Source: an uncultured Gammaproteobacteria bacterium
GTDB taxonomy: Bacteria > Patescibacteriota > Microgenomatia > UBA10105 > UBA927
Direction of reading: 5' to 3'
Length of the DNA stretch: 64,000 bases
NCBI GenBank assembly: GCA_964449675.1
Contig: CAYVAR010000001.1
Span: forward strand, 44,877 to 108,876
In this document: positions 47,293 to 56,595 of the stretch, piece after piece
How the letters are laid out: every line of letters starts with the position of its first letter
Numbering within the stretch: the stretch's first letter is position 1
Program-made: the position numbers and the translations under genes
The notes under the pieces: generated by a model
Seen by the model: only the letters and a program-made list of their open reading frames with translations
Told to the model about the DNA's origin: nothing
The model's database searches: none

Positions 47293-50200
47293 ATGGATAA
47301 AAAAGGAACGTTTGCAAATATTGTTGACTTTTCAGGTCTTCGCGTGACGCTTGCGTCGCCTGAGACGATAAAATCCTGGTCATACGGGGAAATTACCAAA
47401 CCTGAAACGATCAACTATCGTACGCTCAAATCGGAGAAAGACGGATTATTTGACGAGCGAATTTTTGGGCCGACCAAAGACTGGGAGTGTTACTGTGGAA
47501 AATATAAACGGATTCGCTATCGCGGTATTATTTGTGATAAATGCGGTGTAGAAGTGACACAAAGTAAAGTGAGACGCGAACGCATGGGACATATCGCTCT
47601 TGCCGCCCCGGTTGCGCATGTATGGTTTTTCAAAAGTGCTCCGTCAAAACTCTCTCTTCTTTTGGATATAAGCCCGAGAGCGCTTGAGGAAGTCATATAC
47701 TTTTCGCAGTATTTGGTGACGATGGTTGATGAAGACAAAAAAAAGTCTGTCCTTGCGCACGTTTCTGATATCGGGAAAAAACGATTACATGATGTTGACG
47801 GCCGCCTCAAGGATGAGAAGGGTACCCGTCATGAAGCATTTCAAAAAGAGAAAGAAACGTTGAAAGTTCGTTCACTTGGGATAGAAGCCAAAGAGCTTGC
47901 CATTTCAGAAATTGATCTTGAGGAAAAACAAGACCTCGCCCTCATAGAAGAAAATTCAACCAAGGAGAAAGGAAAGATTGAGGAAATCATAAAATCTCTT
48001 GAGAGCATAGTACGAAGCATTAAACCGCTTTCTACCCTTACAGAAGATGAGTATTTGCGGCTTCTTGAATACGATGCAGCGAACTGTTTTAGTGTTGGCA
48101 TGGGCGCTGAAGCAATCGTAGAAGTTGTCAAAAAGCTCGATCTTGATAAGCTCGCTTCTCATCTTCGTGAAGAAATTCAAAATTCTACCGGACAACGCCA
48201 TATTAAAGCGACGAAGAGGTTACGTGTTGTTGATGGTATGCGCAAAGCGCAAATTAATCCCTCCTGGATGATTCTTTCGACGCTACCGGTAATTCCGCCT
48301 GATCTTCGTCCCATGGTGCAGCTTACCGGAGGTCGCTTTGCGACGAGTGATTTAAACGATCTGTATAGACGGGTGATTAATCGCAATAATCGTTTAAAAC
48401 ATTTGATGGACTTAGGTGCACCGGAGATCATCCTCCGAAACGAAAAACGCATGCTCCAGGAGGCAGTTGACAGTCTCATAGACGCCACACAGCGCCCATC
48501 TTCTCGTGCGGTTATCGCACCACTACGGTCTCTTTCAGATATGCTTCGTGGTAAACAAGGACGCTTCCGTCAAAACTTACTCGGCAAACGCGTTGATTAT
48601 TCGGGTCGATCGGTTATCGTCGTAGGCCCTGAGCTTAAATTGACGCAGTGCGGTATCCCTAAAGAAATGGCTCTTGAAATGTTTAAGCCGTTTGTACTTC
48701 GAGAACTCATTGTCCGCGGTATAGCGCCAAATGTCAAAAATGCGAAAAATGTTCTAGAGCGCAGAACTCCAGAGGTTTTTGACATTTTAGAAGAGATTAC
48801 AAAAAATCATCCGGTTCTTCTTAATCGTGCGCCGACACTTCATAAGCTTGGTATCCAAGCGTTTTATCCGATTCTTATTGAAGGGGCTGCTTTGCGTATT
48901 CACCCTTGTGTCTGCGCCGGTTATAACGCTGATTTTGATGGTGATCAAATGGCGGTTCATATCCCGCTTGGTAGCGAAAGTCAGCATGAAGCCATTCACC
49001 TCATGTTGCCAACCCATAATTTGCTTAAGCCTGCTGATGGCTCACCGATCACTGTACCGAATAAAGAAATGGTACTAGGGTGTTATTATCTGACAACGAA
49101 CCAAGAAGATTTGATAAAAGACGAGAAGCAGTTGCCACTTTTTAGTGATACAAGGACGGCGATATATGTCTATCAAACAGGAACATTGTTGTTGCGGGAG
49201 CCAATACGCGTGATGATTGCAGGATCCGCGATGGTTACGACGGTGGGTAAAATCCTTTTTAACGAAATTCTGCCACAAGCACTTCGCTTCATCAATACAC
49301 CGGTCAAAGCAGCAACGGTAAAAACTATTATTACAAAAGCGCTAAGTCTTTACCCGAAAGAAGACGTCGTGACACTCATCGATGCGATAAAAACCATTGG
49401 ATTTTGGGGAGCGACGCTTTGTGGTGGACTATCTGTTTCTGTATTTGATTGTGAAATGATTCCAGAGAAAGCGGAAATTCTTTCTGAGGCAGAAAATAAA
49501 GTCACTGAGATAGATAATAATTATCAACAGGGACTCATCACGCTTGAAGAGAAAAAACGATTAAGCAATGAAGTATGGATTGAGATTACAGAAAAAATAG
49601 CAGATATGACGTGGCAAAAACTTCCGGCAGACAATCCTGTCAAGATGATAATAGACTCAGGGAGCGCCCGCGCATCCAAAGACCAACTCAAACAACTTTC
49701 TGCAATAAAAGGGCTTGTGGTTGATCCACTTGGAAAAATTGTAGAACTTCCGACGAAAAGCAACTACCGTGAGGGACTTGAAATATTTGAATACGTCACA
49801 AGTACCCGTGGATCCCGGAAAGGTTTGACAGATTCGGCACTCAAAACCGCCGATGCGGGATACCTTACGCGACGATTGGTAGACATAGCTCATGAAGCAA
49901 TCATACGGATAGCTGACTGTGGTACGAGTGAAGGATTTGATATCAGTCGAAACGAAAAGCGCCAGACGTCATTATCAGTGCGAGTCATCGGTAGATATAC
50001 GGCAGGAGATATTACCGCACCCAATAGTAAAAAGATTTTAGTGAAAAAAGGAGAGCTTATTGCAGAAAAGCATGCAAAACTTTTCGAAGAACACGGAGTT
50101 ACTGAAGTACTTGTGCGTTCACCGATTACCTGTCAGGCACAAGTAGGGCTTTGTGTCAAATGCTATGGCCGAGATTATGCAACGGGAACGGATGTAGAAA

Positions 50201-51006
50201 ACGGTACGCCGGTTGGAGTCATCGCTGCTCAATCAGTAGGGGAGCCTGGGACACAACTTACCATGCGGGTGCGACATGCAGGAGGAATTGTTGGGCTTGA
50301 CGTGACACAAGGACTGCCTCGCGTTGAAGAGCTTTTTGAAGTTCGCATGCCAAGAGTATTATCTCCAGTTTCCGAAATTGCCGGAAAAGTAGAAATTGTT
50401 GAAACAGAACAAGGATACAAAGTACGCGTCAAAAATACCTCGATGAAGCCACCAGAAGAGCGCGAATACATAGTTCCGCTCACGAGCGAACTACGCGTTT
50501 CTGATCGTGATTTAGTAGTATCAGGTGATCAGCTTGCGAGTGGAAGCCTTGATATAAAAGAAGTTCTTCAGATCCGAGGACTTCGAGGTGCGCAAAAATA
50601 TCTTATTACTGAAATTCAGCGCGTCTATGAGTCACAAGGAATTCAAATATCCGATAAGCACTTTGAAGTAATTGTCAGAAAAATGAGCGAAAAAGTTCGC
50701 ATCGATACGTCAGGTGACACGATGTTATTACCAGGTGAGCTGGTAGACCGGATGCGATTTCAAGAAGAAAACGCACGAGTACTTGCTGAAGGAGGAGAAC
50801 CAGCGACTGCGCAAATCGTCATCCTTGGTATCACGCGAGCATCCCTTTATACAGAAAGCTGGTTATCTGCTGCTTCCTTTCAAGAAACAACGAATGTGCT
50901 CACCGATGCGGCTCTTGCGGCAAAAGAAGATAAGTTGCTGGGGCTTAAAGAAAACGTTATAATCGGGCGACTCATTCCTGTATCTAGTGATAGTGCACAA
51001 GTATAG
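47293..51006 (+). CDS. rpoC: DNA-directed RNA polymerase subunit beta'.
   Basis: Contains the zinc finger CYCGKYKRIRYRGIICDKCGVE and the NADFDGDQM catalytic motif. The start is at MDKKGT, in frame within ORF 47251..51006. Confidence 0.97.
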   Translation: MDKKGTFANIVDFSGLRVTLASPETIKSWSYGEITKPETINYRTLKSEKDGLFDERIFGPTKDWECYCGKYKRIRYRGIICDKCGVEVTQSKVRRERMGHIALAAPVAHVWFFKSAPSKLSLLLDISPRALEEVIYFSQYLVTMVDEDKKKSVLAHVSDIGKKRLHDVDGRLKDEKGTRHEAFQKEKETLKVRSLGIEAKELAISEIDLEEKQDLALIEENSTKEKGKIEEIIKSLESIVRSIKPLSTLTEDEYLRLLEYDAANCFSVGMGAEAIVEVVKKLDLDKLASHLREEIQNSTGQRHIKATKRLRVVDGMRKAQINPSWMILSTLPVIPPDLRPMVQLTGGRFATSDLNDLYRRVINRNNRLKHLMDLGAPEIILRNEKRMLQEAVDSLIDATQRPSSRAVIAPLRSLSDMLRGKQGRFRQNLLGKRVDYSGRSVIVVGPELKLTQCGIPKEMALEMFKPFVLRELIVRGIAPNVKNAKNVLERRTPEVFDILEEITKNHPVLLNRAPTLHKLGIQAFYPILIEGAALRIHPCVCAGYNADFDGDQMAVHIPLGSESQHEAIHLMLPTHNLLKPADGSPITVPNKEMVLGCYYLTTNQEDLIKDEKQLPLFSDTRTAIYVYQTGTLLLREPIRVMIAGSAMVTTVGKILFNEILPQALRFINTPVKAATVKTIITKALSLYPKEDVVTLIDAIKTIGFWGATLCGGLSVSVFDCEMIPEKAEILSEAENKVTEIDNNYQQGLITLEEKKRLSNEVWIEITEKIADMTWQKLPADNPVKMIIDSGSARASKDQLKQLSAIKGLVVDPLGKIVELPTKSNYREGLEIFEYVTSTRGSRKGLTDSALKTADAGYLTRRLVDIAHEAIIRIADCGTSEGFDISRNEKRQTSLSVRVIGRYTAGDITAPNSKKILVKKGELIAEKHAKLFEEHGVTEVLVRSPITCQAQVGLCVKCYGRDYATGTDVENGTPVGVIAAQSVGEPGTQLTMRVRHAGGIVGLDVTQGLPRVEELFEVRMPRVLSPVSEIAGKVEIVETEQGYKVRVKNTSMKPPEEREYIVPLTSELRVSDRDLVVSGDQLASGSLDIKEVLQIRGLRGAQKYLITEIQRVYESQGIQISDKHFEVIVRKMSEKVRIDTSGDTMLLPGELVDRMRFQEENARVLAEGGEPATAQIVILGITRASLYTESWLSAASFQETTNVLTDAALAAKEDKLLGLKENVIIGRLIPVSSDSAQV

Positions 51007-51095
51007 AATAAATAATCTGCTCATGAAGAATCTGCTAATCTGCGAGTAAAAATTAGCAGATTTAATTATTAGTAGATTAGTAGATTTTTTATAGT

Positions 51096-51533
51096 ATGCC
51101 TACGATAAATCAACTCATTAAATACGGCAGGCGGAGTAAATCAAAAAAGGTAAAGGCGACTGCGCTTCGCAAGTTTTTTAATGCAAAAGATCGCATCACC
51201 AAGAAGCTTCAGGCCCCCTTTAAGCGTGGTGTTGTGACGCTTGTGAAAACCATGACTCCAAAAAAGCCAAATAGTGCGCTTCGAAAAGTGGCAAGAGTAA
51301 GACTTTCAAATAAACAAGAGGTGACTGCATATATTCCTGGTATCGGACATGAACTCACCGAACACGCGATTGTACTTGTTCGAGGAGGTCGAGTGCCGGA
51401 TTTGCCGGGAGTCAAATATCATATAGTACGTGGTAAGTTTGATATGACGGGTGTGGTAAGCCGTAGACAAGGACGCAGCCGCTACGGCGCCAATGCGTCA
51501 GGTCCAGGACCGACGGTAGCAGCTGCTAGCTGA
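51096..51533 (+). CDS. rpsL: 30S ribosomal protein S12 with a short C-terminal extension.
   Basis: [13 protein letters not shown] ... [16 protein letters not shown] ... [30 protein letters not shown]. Confidence 0.95.
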   Translation: MPTINQLIKYGRRSKSKKVKATALRKFFNAKDRITKKLQAPFKRGVVTLVKTMTPKKPNSALRKVARVRLSNKQEVTAYIPGIGHELTEHAIVLVRGGRVPDLPGVKYHIVRGKFDMTGVVSRRQGRSRYGANASGPGPTVAAAS

Positions 51534-51648
51534 GAATTAATAAACAAATCTACAAATGATAAATCTACAAATGAATGAATAAATGATTAAATCATTTACT
51601 AAATAAATTATTCATTTGCATATTTGTCGGATTTGTAGATTCTAGAAT
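51534..51648 (+). promoter_or_regulatory. Highly structured AT-rich rpsL-rpsG intercistronic region; a candidate S7 translational operator.
   Basis: Nested inverted repeats AAATCTACAAAT ... ATTTGTAGATT and AAATGATT/AAATCATTT, plus a direct repeat of AAATCTACAAATGA. Confidence 0.35.
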
Positions 51649-52125
51649 ATGCCAAGAGCAGGACGAATAAAAAAACCATTACTTTCACCCGATCCCATGT
51701 ATGGGAATCGGTTGCTGTCGCGTTTTATAAACCGAGCGATGATTAATGGAAAAAAACGGGTAGCCGAGCGTCAAGTCTATCAGTCCCTTGAAACGATCAA
51801 AGCAAAAGGTGAAGATCCGATAAAAATTTTTGAAGCAGCAATTGCATCAGTTGGTCCCAAGATGGAAGTGCGCCCAAGACGTGTCGGGGGAGCGTCATAT
51901 CAAGTGCCCATGGAAGTACGAGGTGATAGACGCGTCGCGCTTGCTATCCGGTGGGTCATTGCATTTGCAAAAAAGCGTTCGAATAAAGAATACACATCAT
52001 TCGCAGAAAAACTTGCTGCAGAACTTCTTGACGCTGCAAAAGGAGTGGGTGAGTCAATTAAAAAGCGCGACACCGTCCACCGCATTGCAGAAGCCAATAG
52101 AGCTTTCGCCCATTTTAAGTGGTGA
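51649..52125 (+). CDS. rpsG: 30S ribosomal protein S7.
   Basis: MPRAGRIKKP ... MINGKKRVAERQVY ... a 158-aa S7 homologue. Confidence 0.95.
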   Translation: MPRAGRIKKPLLSPDPMYGNRLLSRFINRAMINGKKRVAERQVYQSLETIKAKGEDPIKIFEAAIASVGPKMEVRPRRVGGASYQVPMEVRGDRRVALAIRWVIAFAKKRSNKEYTSFAEKLAAELLDAAKGVGESIKKRDTVHRIAEANRAFAHFKW

Positions 52126-52316
52126 AAGCTCTATGAAGTCCCGCCGAATCGCTCCACGAGCCGTCTACGAATAGTAGTGAAAAGGCGAGCGGTAAGATTG
52201 TGTGGGACGAACCGTGCATTTGCCACTTTAAGTGGTAGTACTGCCCTCTACAAAGATCCCTGTGTATAGTAACATACTTCTTTTCATCTCTTCTTACAAT
52301 TTTTATACATCGTTTT

Positions 52317-53468
52317 ATGTCTAAAGAGATAACCACGTTATCGCGACGCGAATTTCTAAAAGGGATGCTTGGTGGTTCAGCGGGAGCACTCGCACTACTT
52401 TATACCCCAGATGGACTTGCTTGGCTTATGGGTGAGCCGTTGCAAGAAGAAGAACAAGAAGTTCCTTACCCAGATGGAGGTTGGCTTGAGACGATGGTTC
52501 CAGACAGAGCGGCGTTTATCAAAATTGACGGGGGGCATCAGGATTACCTTCGTGACATGTGCCTAAAAAATTCAGTTCTACGAAGTGCACTCAAGCCTTT
52601 ATATGATGATCTGCTCTACTTACCACGATCCAGTCCTCCACTTCTTGGCGACGTCTTTCGGCAGCATTTAATGAATGCTGAAACAACATTAATCGCACAT
52701 GCAAATACATTGCTCGCGGGAGTTGAGGTTCAACATGCTCCGTCACTTGAAAATATAGTTCATGTCGCTTTATTTACTATGGCAGCTATATACAGTCCGT
52801 ATTTAACGAGAAGTGATGTACAAGAAATATTAGAAAAAAGTGATCTCCAGATACCAGAGGCACAAAAGGGTAGCTTATGGATTGACTACGATGGTTATAG
52901 AGTTCCTCGAATATTTCCAGTTGATATAAAAGAATGTGGATCTGCTGCAGACCAAATTCTTCGATGCGGAGGTATGGATAAAACAGTTCACCTCATCCAG
53001 CATTTGTTTTTGAAGTACCAATATTTTTATGCATTGCGTTATGGATTACAGGAAAAAGATCGAGTAACGAGACTCGCTCGTTTTATATCAAAGATTGGGT
53101 GGAGCAATGAGGCAAAAGCAACAATACTCGATACACTCGGTCAGTTTGCATGGGAATTTCTTGAGTCGATAGATCAGATTCGCAGTGACGCAACCACTGA
53201 TGAAAATGGTGATCTAATAGATACCGGCTTTTTTGATCCATTTGTATGGCAAGACTTTCGGGCAAATATGGTCGGTGCTCACTACGCAGATGAACTTACT
53301 CGTCATACTCTTGCATGGGATACAATAGATAAGATTGTTAATGAAATGAACGCGTTGACTAATGCGTCAGACGTTCCTCACGCGGGCGACGACGATACGT
53401 CTATAATCAGTATAGACGAAATACCTCTATTTTCTGCTGTTTACGCAGGTCAGAATGCCTATGCATAA
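52317..53468 (+). CDS. Hypothetical exported protein with a twin-arginine (Tat) signal.
   Basis: The N-terminus MSKEITTLSRREFLKGMLGGSAGALALL matches the S-R-R-x-F-L-K Tat consensus. The mature domain is unrecognised. Confidence 0.5.
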   Translation: MSKEITTLSRREFLKGMLGGSAGALALLYTPDGLAWLMGEPLQEEEQEVPYPDGGWLETMVPDRAAFIKIDGGHQDYLRDMCLKNSVLRSALKPLYDDLLYLPRSSPPLLGDVFRQHLMNAETTLIAHANTLLAGVEVQHAPSLENIVHVALFTMAAIYSPYLTRSDVQEILEKSDLQIPEAQKGSLWIDYDGYRVPRIFPVDIKECGSAADQILRCGGMDKTVHLIQHLFLKYQYFYALRYGLQEKDRVTRLARFISKIGWSNEAKATILDTLGQFAWEFLESIDQIRSDATTDENGDLIDTGFFDPFVWQDFRANMVGAHYADELTRHTLAWDTIDKIVNEMNALTNASDVPHAGDDDTSIISIDEIPLFSAVYAGQNAYA

Positions 53469-54057
53469 AAGAGTTATTGAACACTTTCGTCTTAACGATT
53501 CGATCCTTTTTGCCTTCATTGATAAATTAGAACCAATGAAGTTGATTAAGTATGATGATTATTTTGTCTGTTTATGTCGGGAAATTATTGGACAACAACT
53601 TGCCGGGAAAGCTGCTGATGCGATATATAGACGATTCCTCAAGCTTTTCCCCAAAGGCTCCGTGACCCCAAAACGAACGCTTAAAATTTCAGATGACAAA
53701 ATCCGCAAGATAGGTCTATCATGGGCGAAGGTAACATATATTAAGGACCTTGCGAAAAAAGTTTTCGATGGTGCACTCAACTTGAGGCGACTTCCATCGC
53801 TTTCTGATGATGAAGTGATAAAAGAGTTGGTGAAGGTAAAAGGTATCGGGCCGTGGACCGCTGAGATGTTTCTCATGTTTACCCTTGGCCGGGAAGATAT
53901 ATTTTCCTATGGAGATTTGGGACTTCGAAAAGCGATTCAAAAACTTTATGGTTTTAAAAAAGAACCAACAATGCGTCAAATGGAAAAAATCGTCAATACG
54001 TGGAAACCATACCGTACCTACGCGGCACGACTACTTTGGAAAAGTTTAGAGAAATAA
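53455..54057 (+). CDS. HhH-GPD superfamily DNA glycosylase (DNA-3-methyladenine glycosylase II / AlkA-like).
   Basis: Contains the VKGIGPWTAEMFLMF helix-hairpin-helix and a downstream Asp (GDLGL). Confidence 0.75.
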   Translation: MPMHKRVIEHFRLNDSILFAFIDKLEPMKLIKYDDYFVCLCREIIGQQLAGKAADAIYRRFLKLFPKGSVTPKRTLKISDDKIRKIGLSWAKVTYIKDLAKKVFDGALNLRRLPSLSDDEVIKELVKVKGIGPWTAEMFLMFTLGREDIFSYGDLGLRKAIQKLYGFKKEPTMRQMEKIVNTWKPYRTYAARLLWKSLEK

Positions 54058-54063
54058 GGTCTT

Positions 54064-55359
54064 ATGAAAAAGATATTGTACGTGACGATTGTATTTGGTG
54101 TCATGTTAGGAAGTTACTATGGATATAGATTTTATTATCAAAATCTCCGCGGTATTGGTCCAGCAATATTGCCATCAGCTCGCAACATGGACCAACTTCT
54201 AGAAGAGCAGATCAAGCGTGAATCAAGTCCTGAGTCAGTGGAACCCAATACGACAGGATTACCATTGATCTTGCCAACTAAGTTCTCAATTTCAGTTTTT
54301 GCAAAAGACCTAGGGGGTCCACGTGTACTTGCCTGGGATCCCAATGGCGTTCTTCTTGCAAGCATTCCCAGTCAGGGGAGAGTGGTTTCGATACTTCGTG
54401 CGATTGGCGAGTTTCGAGATGACCAAGTTGCGACTGTCGTTGAAGGACTGAATCGTCCACATGGGATAGCATTTTTAGGAAATACACTCTACATCGCCGA
54501 GACGAACGCTGTAGCGACCTATGATTATGATGTTAATTCTCACAAAGCCACCAACAGAAAGAAGATAATCGATCTTCCAGAAGGCGGAAATCATTTTAGT
54601 CGAACAATCGGTTTTGGACCTGACGGAAGGCTTTATATAGCAGTTGGATCTTCATGTAATGTTTGTAATGAAAACGATTGGCGCCGGGCAAAAATTCTTG
54701 TTGCAAATGCAGATGGCAGCGACCTTAAGGAATATGCAACCGGACTACGAAACTCTGTATTTTTTACCTGGCATCCGTTGACAGGTGAGATGTGGGCGAC
54801 AGAGATGGGTAGAGATCTCATCGGTGACGGCATACCGCCGGATGAGATTAACCTTATTAAGGAAGGCGCCAATTATGGTTGGCCATATTGTTATGGGAAG
54901 AATGTAACAGACTTAACGTTTTCTTCCAAAGGCTGTCAGGGCGCAATAGCTTCGCATATCGATCTGCAGGCACACTCGGCACCGTTGGGTCTCGCATTTA
55001 TTCCCAATAGGAAGCCAAGTAGCTTAAAGGATGAAGGAGCCAACAAAATTGCGACCGCAAAAATATTGACTCCTTCGCTATGGCCGGAGGAATATCTGGG
55101 AGATTTGTTGGTTGCCTACCACGGCTCATGGAATCGAAGTACGCCAACAGGGTATAAGGTAGTGCGCATGAAACTCGATTCTCAAGGAAATTACGAAGGC
55201 ATAGAAGACTTCATCACTGGATGGTTGGGACATGCATCCGCTGCTGCCGGCGCTCTCGGCCGCCCGGTGGATCTTCTATTCGACCAAAAAGGAAATTTGT
55301 ATATTTCCGATGACAAGGCAGGGGTTATATATCGCGTAACATTCCATAGTTTTGAATGA
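54064..55359 (+). CDS. PQQ-dependent soluble sugar (glucose/sorbosone) dehydrogenase-like beta-propeller, membrane-anchored.
   Basis: An N-terminal transmembrane segment precedes SGDH-like blocks (GRLYIAVGSSCNVCNE, GEMWATEMGRD, NYGWPYCYG). Confidence 0.7.
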   Translation: MKKILYVTIVFGVMLGSYYGYRFYYQNLRGIGPAILPSARNMDQLLEEQIKRESSPESVEPNTTGLPLILPTKFSISVFAKDLGGPRVLAWDPNGVLLASIPSQGRVVSILRAIGEFRDDQVATVVEGLNRPHGIAFLGNTLYIAETNAVATYDYDVNSHKATNRKKIIDLPEGGNHFSRTIGFGPDGRLYIAVGSSCNVCNENDWRRAKILVANADGSDLKEYATGLRNSVFFTWHPLTGEMWATEMGRDLIGDGIPPDEINLIKEGANYGWPYCYGKNVTDLTFSSKGCQGAIASHIDLQAHSAPLGLAFIPNRKPSSLKDEGANKIATAKILTPSLWPEEYLGDLLVAYHGSWNRSTPTGYKVVRMKLDSQGNYEGIEDFITGWLGHASAAAGALGRPVDLLFDQKGNLYISDDKAGVIYRVTFHSFE

Positions 55360-55395
55360 GGTTACAGCTAAACATAGTATAATAACATTGAACGT

Positions 55396-55827
55396 ATGGT
55401 CGAGCGACATAGGCCTATAGAAGATCGTCAAAATAATATACAGAATAGAGAAAAAATTGGTTGGTATGATGTTTGGTTTCTTCTTGCTACATCTGGATTG
55501 TTTGGCGTGTTAATAGTTCAGGATTTCTTAGAAAAAGTACAAAGATATAGTTTGACAATAGAAAGTTCTCCCGCTGTTTTGGTTCATGCAGGTATCCCAT
55601 GGAGTGAGTGTTATCCACAAGAAAATTTTCCTGATTATGATTATAACGATCTTGTATTAGGATACGTGATGGATCTACTTCCACAACTTGATCCCACAAA
55701 AGACACATGGAGATTGTATAAACAATTTTTAGACGACAATAGTATTATGAATCCAGACGGAACAGTTTCTGCCTACGTTGTGCCAGATGTTGATCTCGAC
55801 GGGAAGGTCTGCGGTATAACTATCTGA
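55396..55827 (+). CDS. Hypothetical membrane protein of 143 aa.
   Basis: Listed ORF with one transmembrane segment and no motif. Confidence 0.35.
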   Translation: MVERHRPIEDRQNNIQNREKIGWYDVWFLLATSGLFGVLIVQDFLEKVQRYSLTIESSPAVLVHAGIPWSECYPQENFPDYDYNDLVLGYVMDLLPQLDPTKDTWRLYKQFLDDNSIMNPDGTVSAYVVPDVDLDGKVCGITI

Positions 55828-55916
55828 GAAGATGGGAGTCTGCTCCTTTCAGGAGGAGGGTTGTATATTCCTTCTCGTACCGATAATCCTTAAATATTAA
55901 CCTGAGTTTAGGATCA

Positions 55917-55954
55917 CCCAAACGTAAACGCGTAGAGGTCGAGGGTGGCGTCAG
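55917..55954 (+). repeat. Left copy of a ~28-bp direct repeat flanking the brnTA cassette.
   Basis: CCAAACGTAAACGCGTAGAGGTCGAgGGT is repeated at 56600-56635, where it encodes the C-terminus (DLYAFTFG-stop) of the dsbD-like gene on the minus strand. Confidence 0.55.
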
Positions 55955-55999
55955 TTCGTTTGATAGTTGACATTGTACATACAATGTGTCATCATCAAT

Positions 56000-56290
56000 A
56001 TGATGAGGCGGTTTGAGTTTAGCGGAGAGAAAAATGCGTTGATAAAAAGAAAGCACGGTATTTCGTTTGAGGAAATTATTGACGCATTGGAAGGAAAGAA
56101 AATTTTGGCAGCATTTCCGCATCCGAACCGGAAGAAATATCCAAATCAAACCATGATGATTGTAGAGATAAAAGGATATGCGTGTGTTGTACCGACGATA
56201 AAAAGTGAGCAGTCAATATTTCTCAAGACCGCGTTTCCGAGCAGAAAATATACAAAGAAGTATCTAAAATCACGAAAGGAGGCTATATGA
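56000..56290 (+). CDS. brnT: BrnT-family (DUF497) toxin.
   Basis: FEFSGEKNALIKRKHGISFEE matches the BrnT FEWD.aK...N..KHGvsFeEa signature. The palindrome TGACATTGTACATACAATGTGTCA lies at its promoter. Confidence 0.7.
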   Translation: MMRRFEFSGEKNALIKRKHGISFEEIIDALEGKKILAAFPHPNRKKYPNQTMMIVEIKGYACVVPTIKSEQSIFLKTAFPSRKYTKKYLKSRKEAI

Positions 56291-56589
56291 AAAAGCAGAA
56301 ATCCGTTACTCTTGATTCCTACGAAAAGGAGATCAACGATGCTATTGAACGGGGAAAAGTTCGAGAGGTTTCTCCCGCGGTTTTACAGCGTATGCGAGAG
56401 AAATATGCTCGAATAGCAAAATATACCAAAACACAAAGCAAAAAAGATCGACGCGTGAGCTTGCGGATGAATGAGCGAGACTTAGATGCTATTCAAGCGA
56501 AGGCTTCGGCTAACGGTTTACCCTATCAGACGCTCATCGCCACTATCCTTCATCAAGTGGCTACGGGTAAAGTCACGGTTACGCTGTAA
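56287..56589 (+). CDS. brnA: BrnA antitoxin (CopG/RHH-like).
   Basis: It overlaps the brnT stop, and its C-terminus RVSLRMNERDLDAIQAKASANGLPYQTLIATILHQ is BrnA-like. Confidence 0.65.
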   Translation: MKKQKSVTLDSYEKEINDAIERGKVREVSPAVLQRMREKYARIAKYTKTQSKKDRRVSLRMNERDLDAIQAKASANGLPYQTLIATILHQVATGKVTVTL

Positions 56590-56595
56590 GGGCAC

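Noticed and set aside
55820-56149. The minus-strand 109-aa ORF overlapping the brnT promoter and the direct-repeat copy.
   Set aside because: It overlaps the well-supported brnT gene and promoter, and its sequence is low-complexity. The direct repeat is better explained as a duplicated 3' end of the dsbD-like gene.
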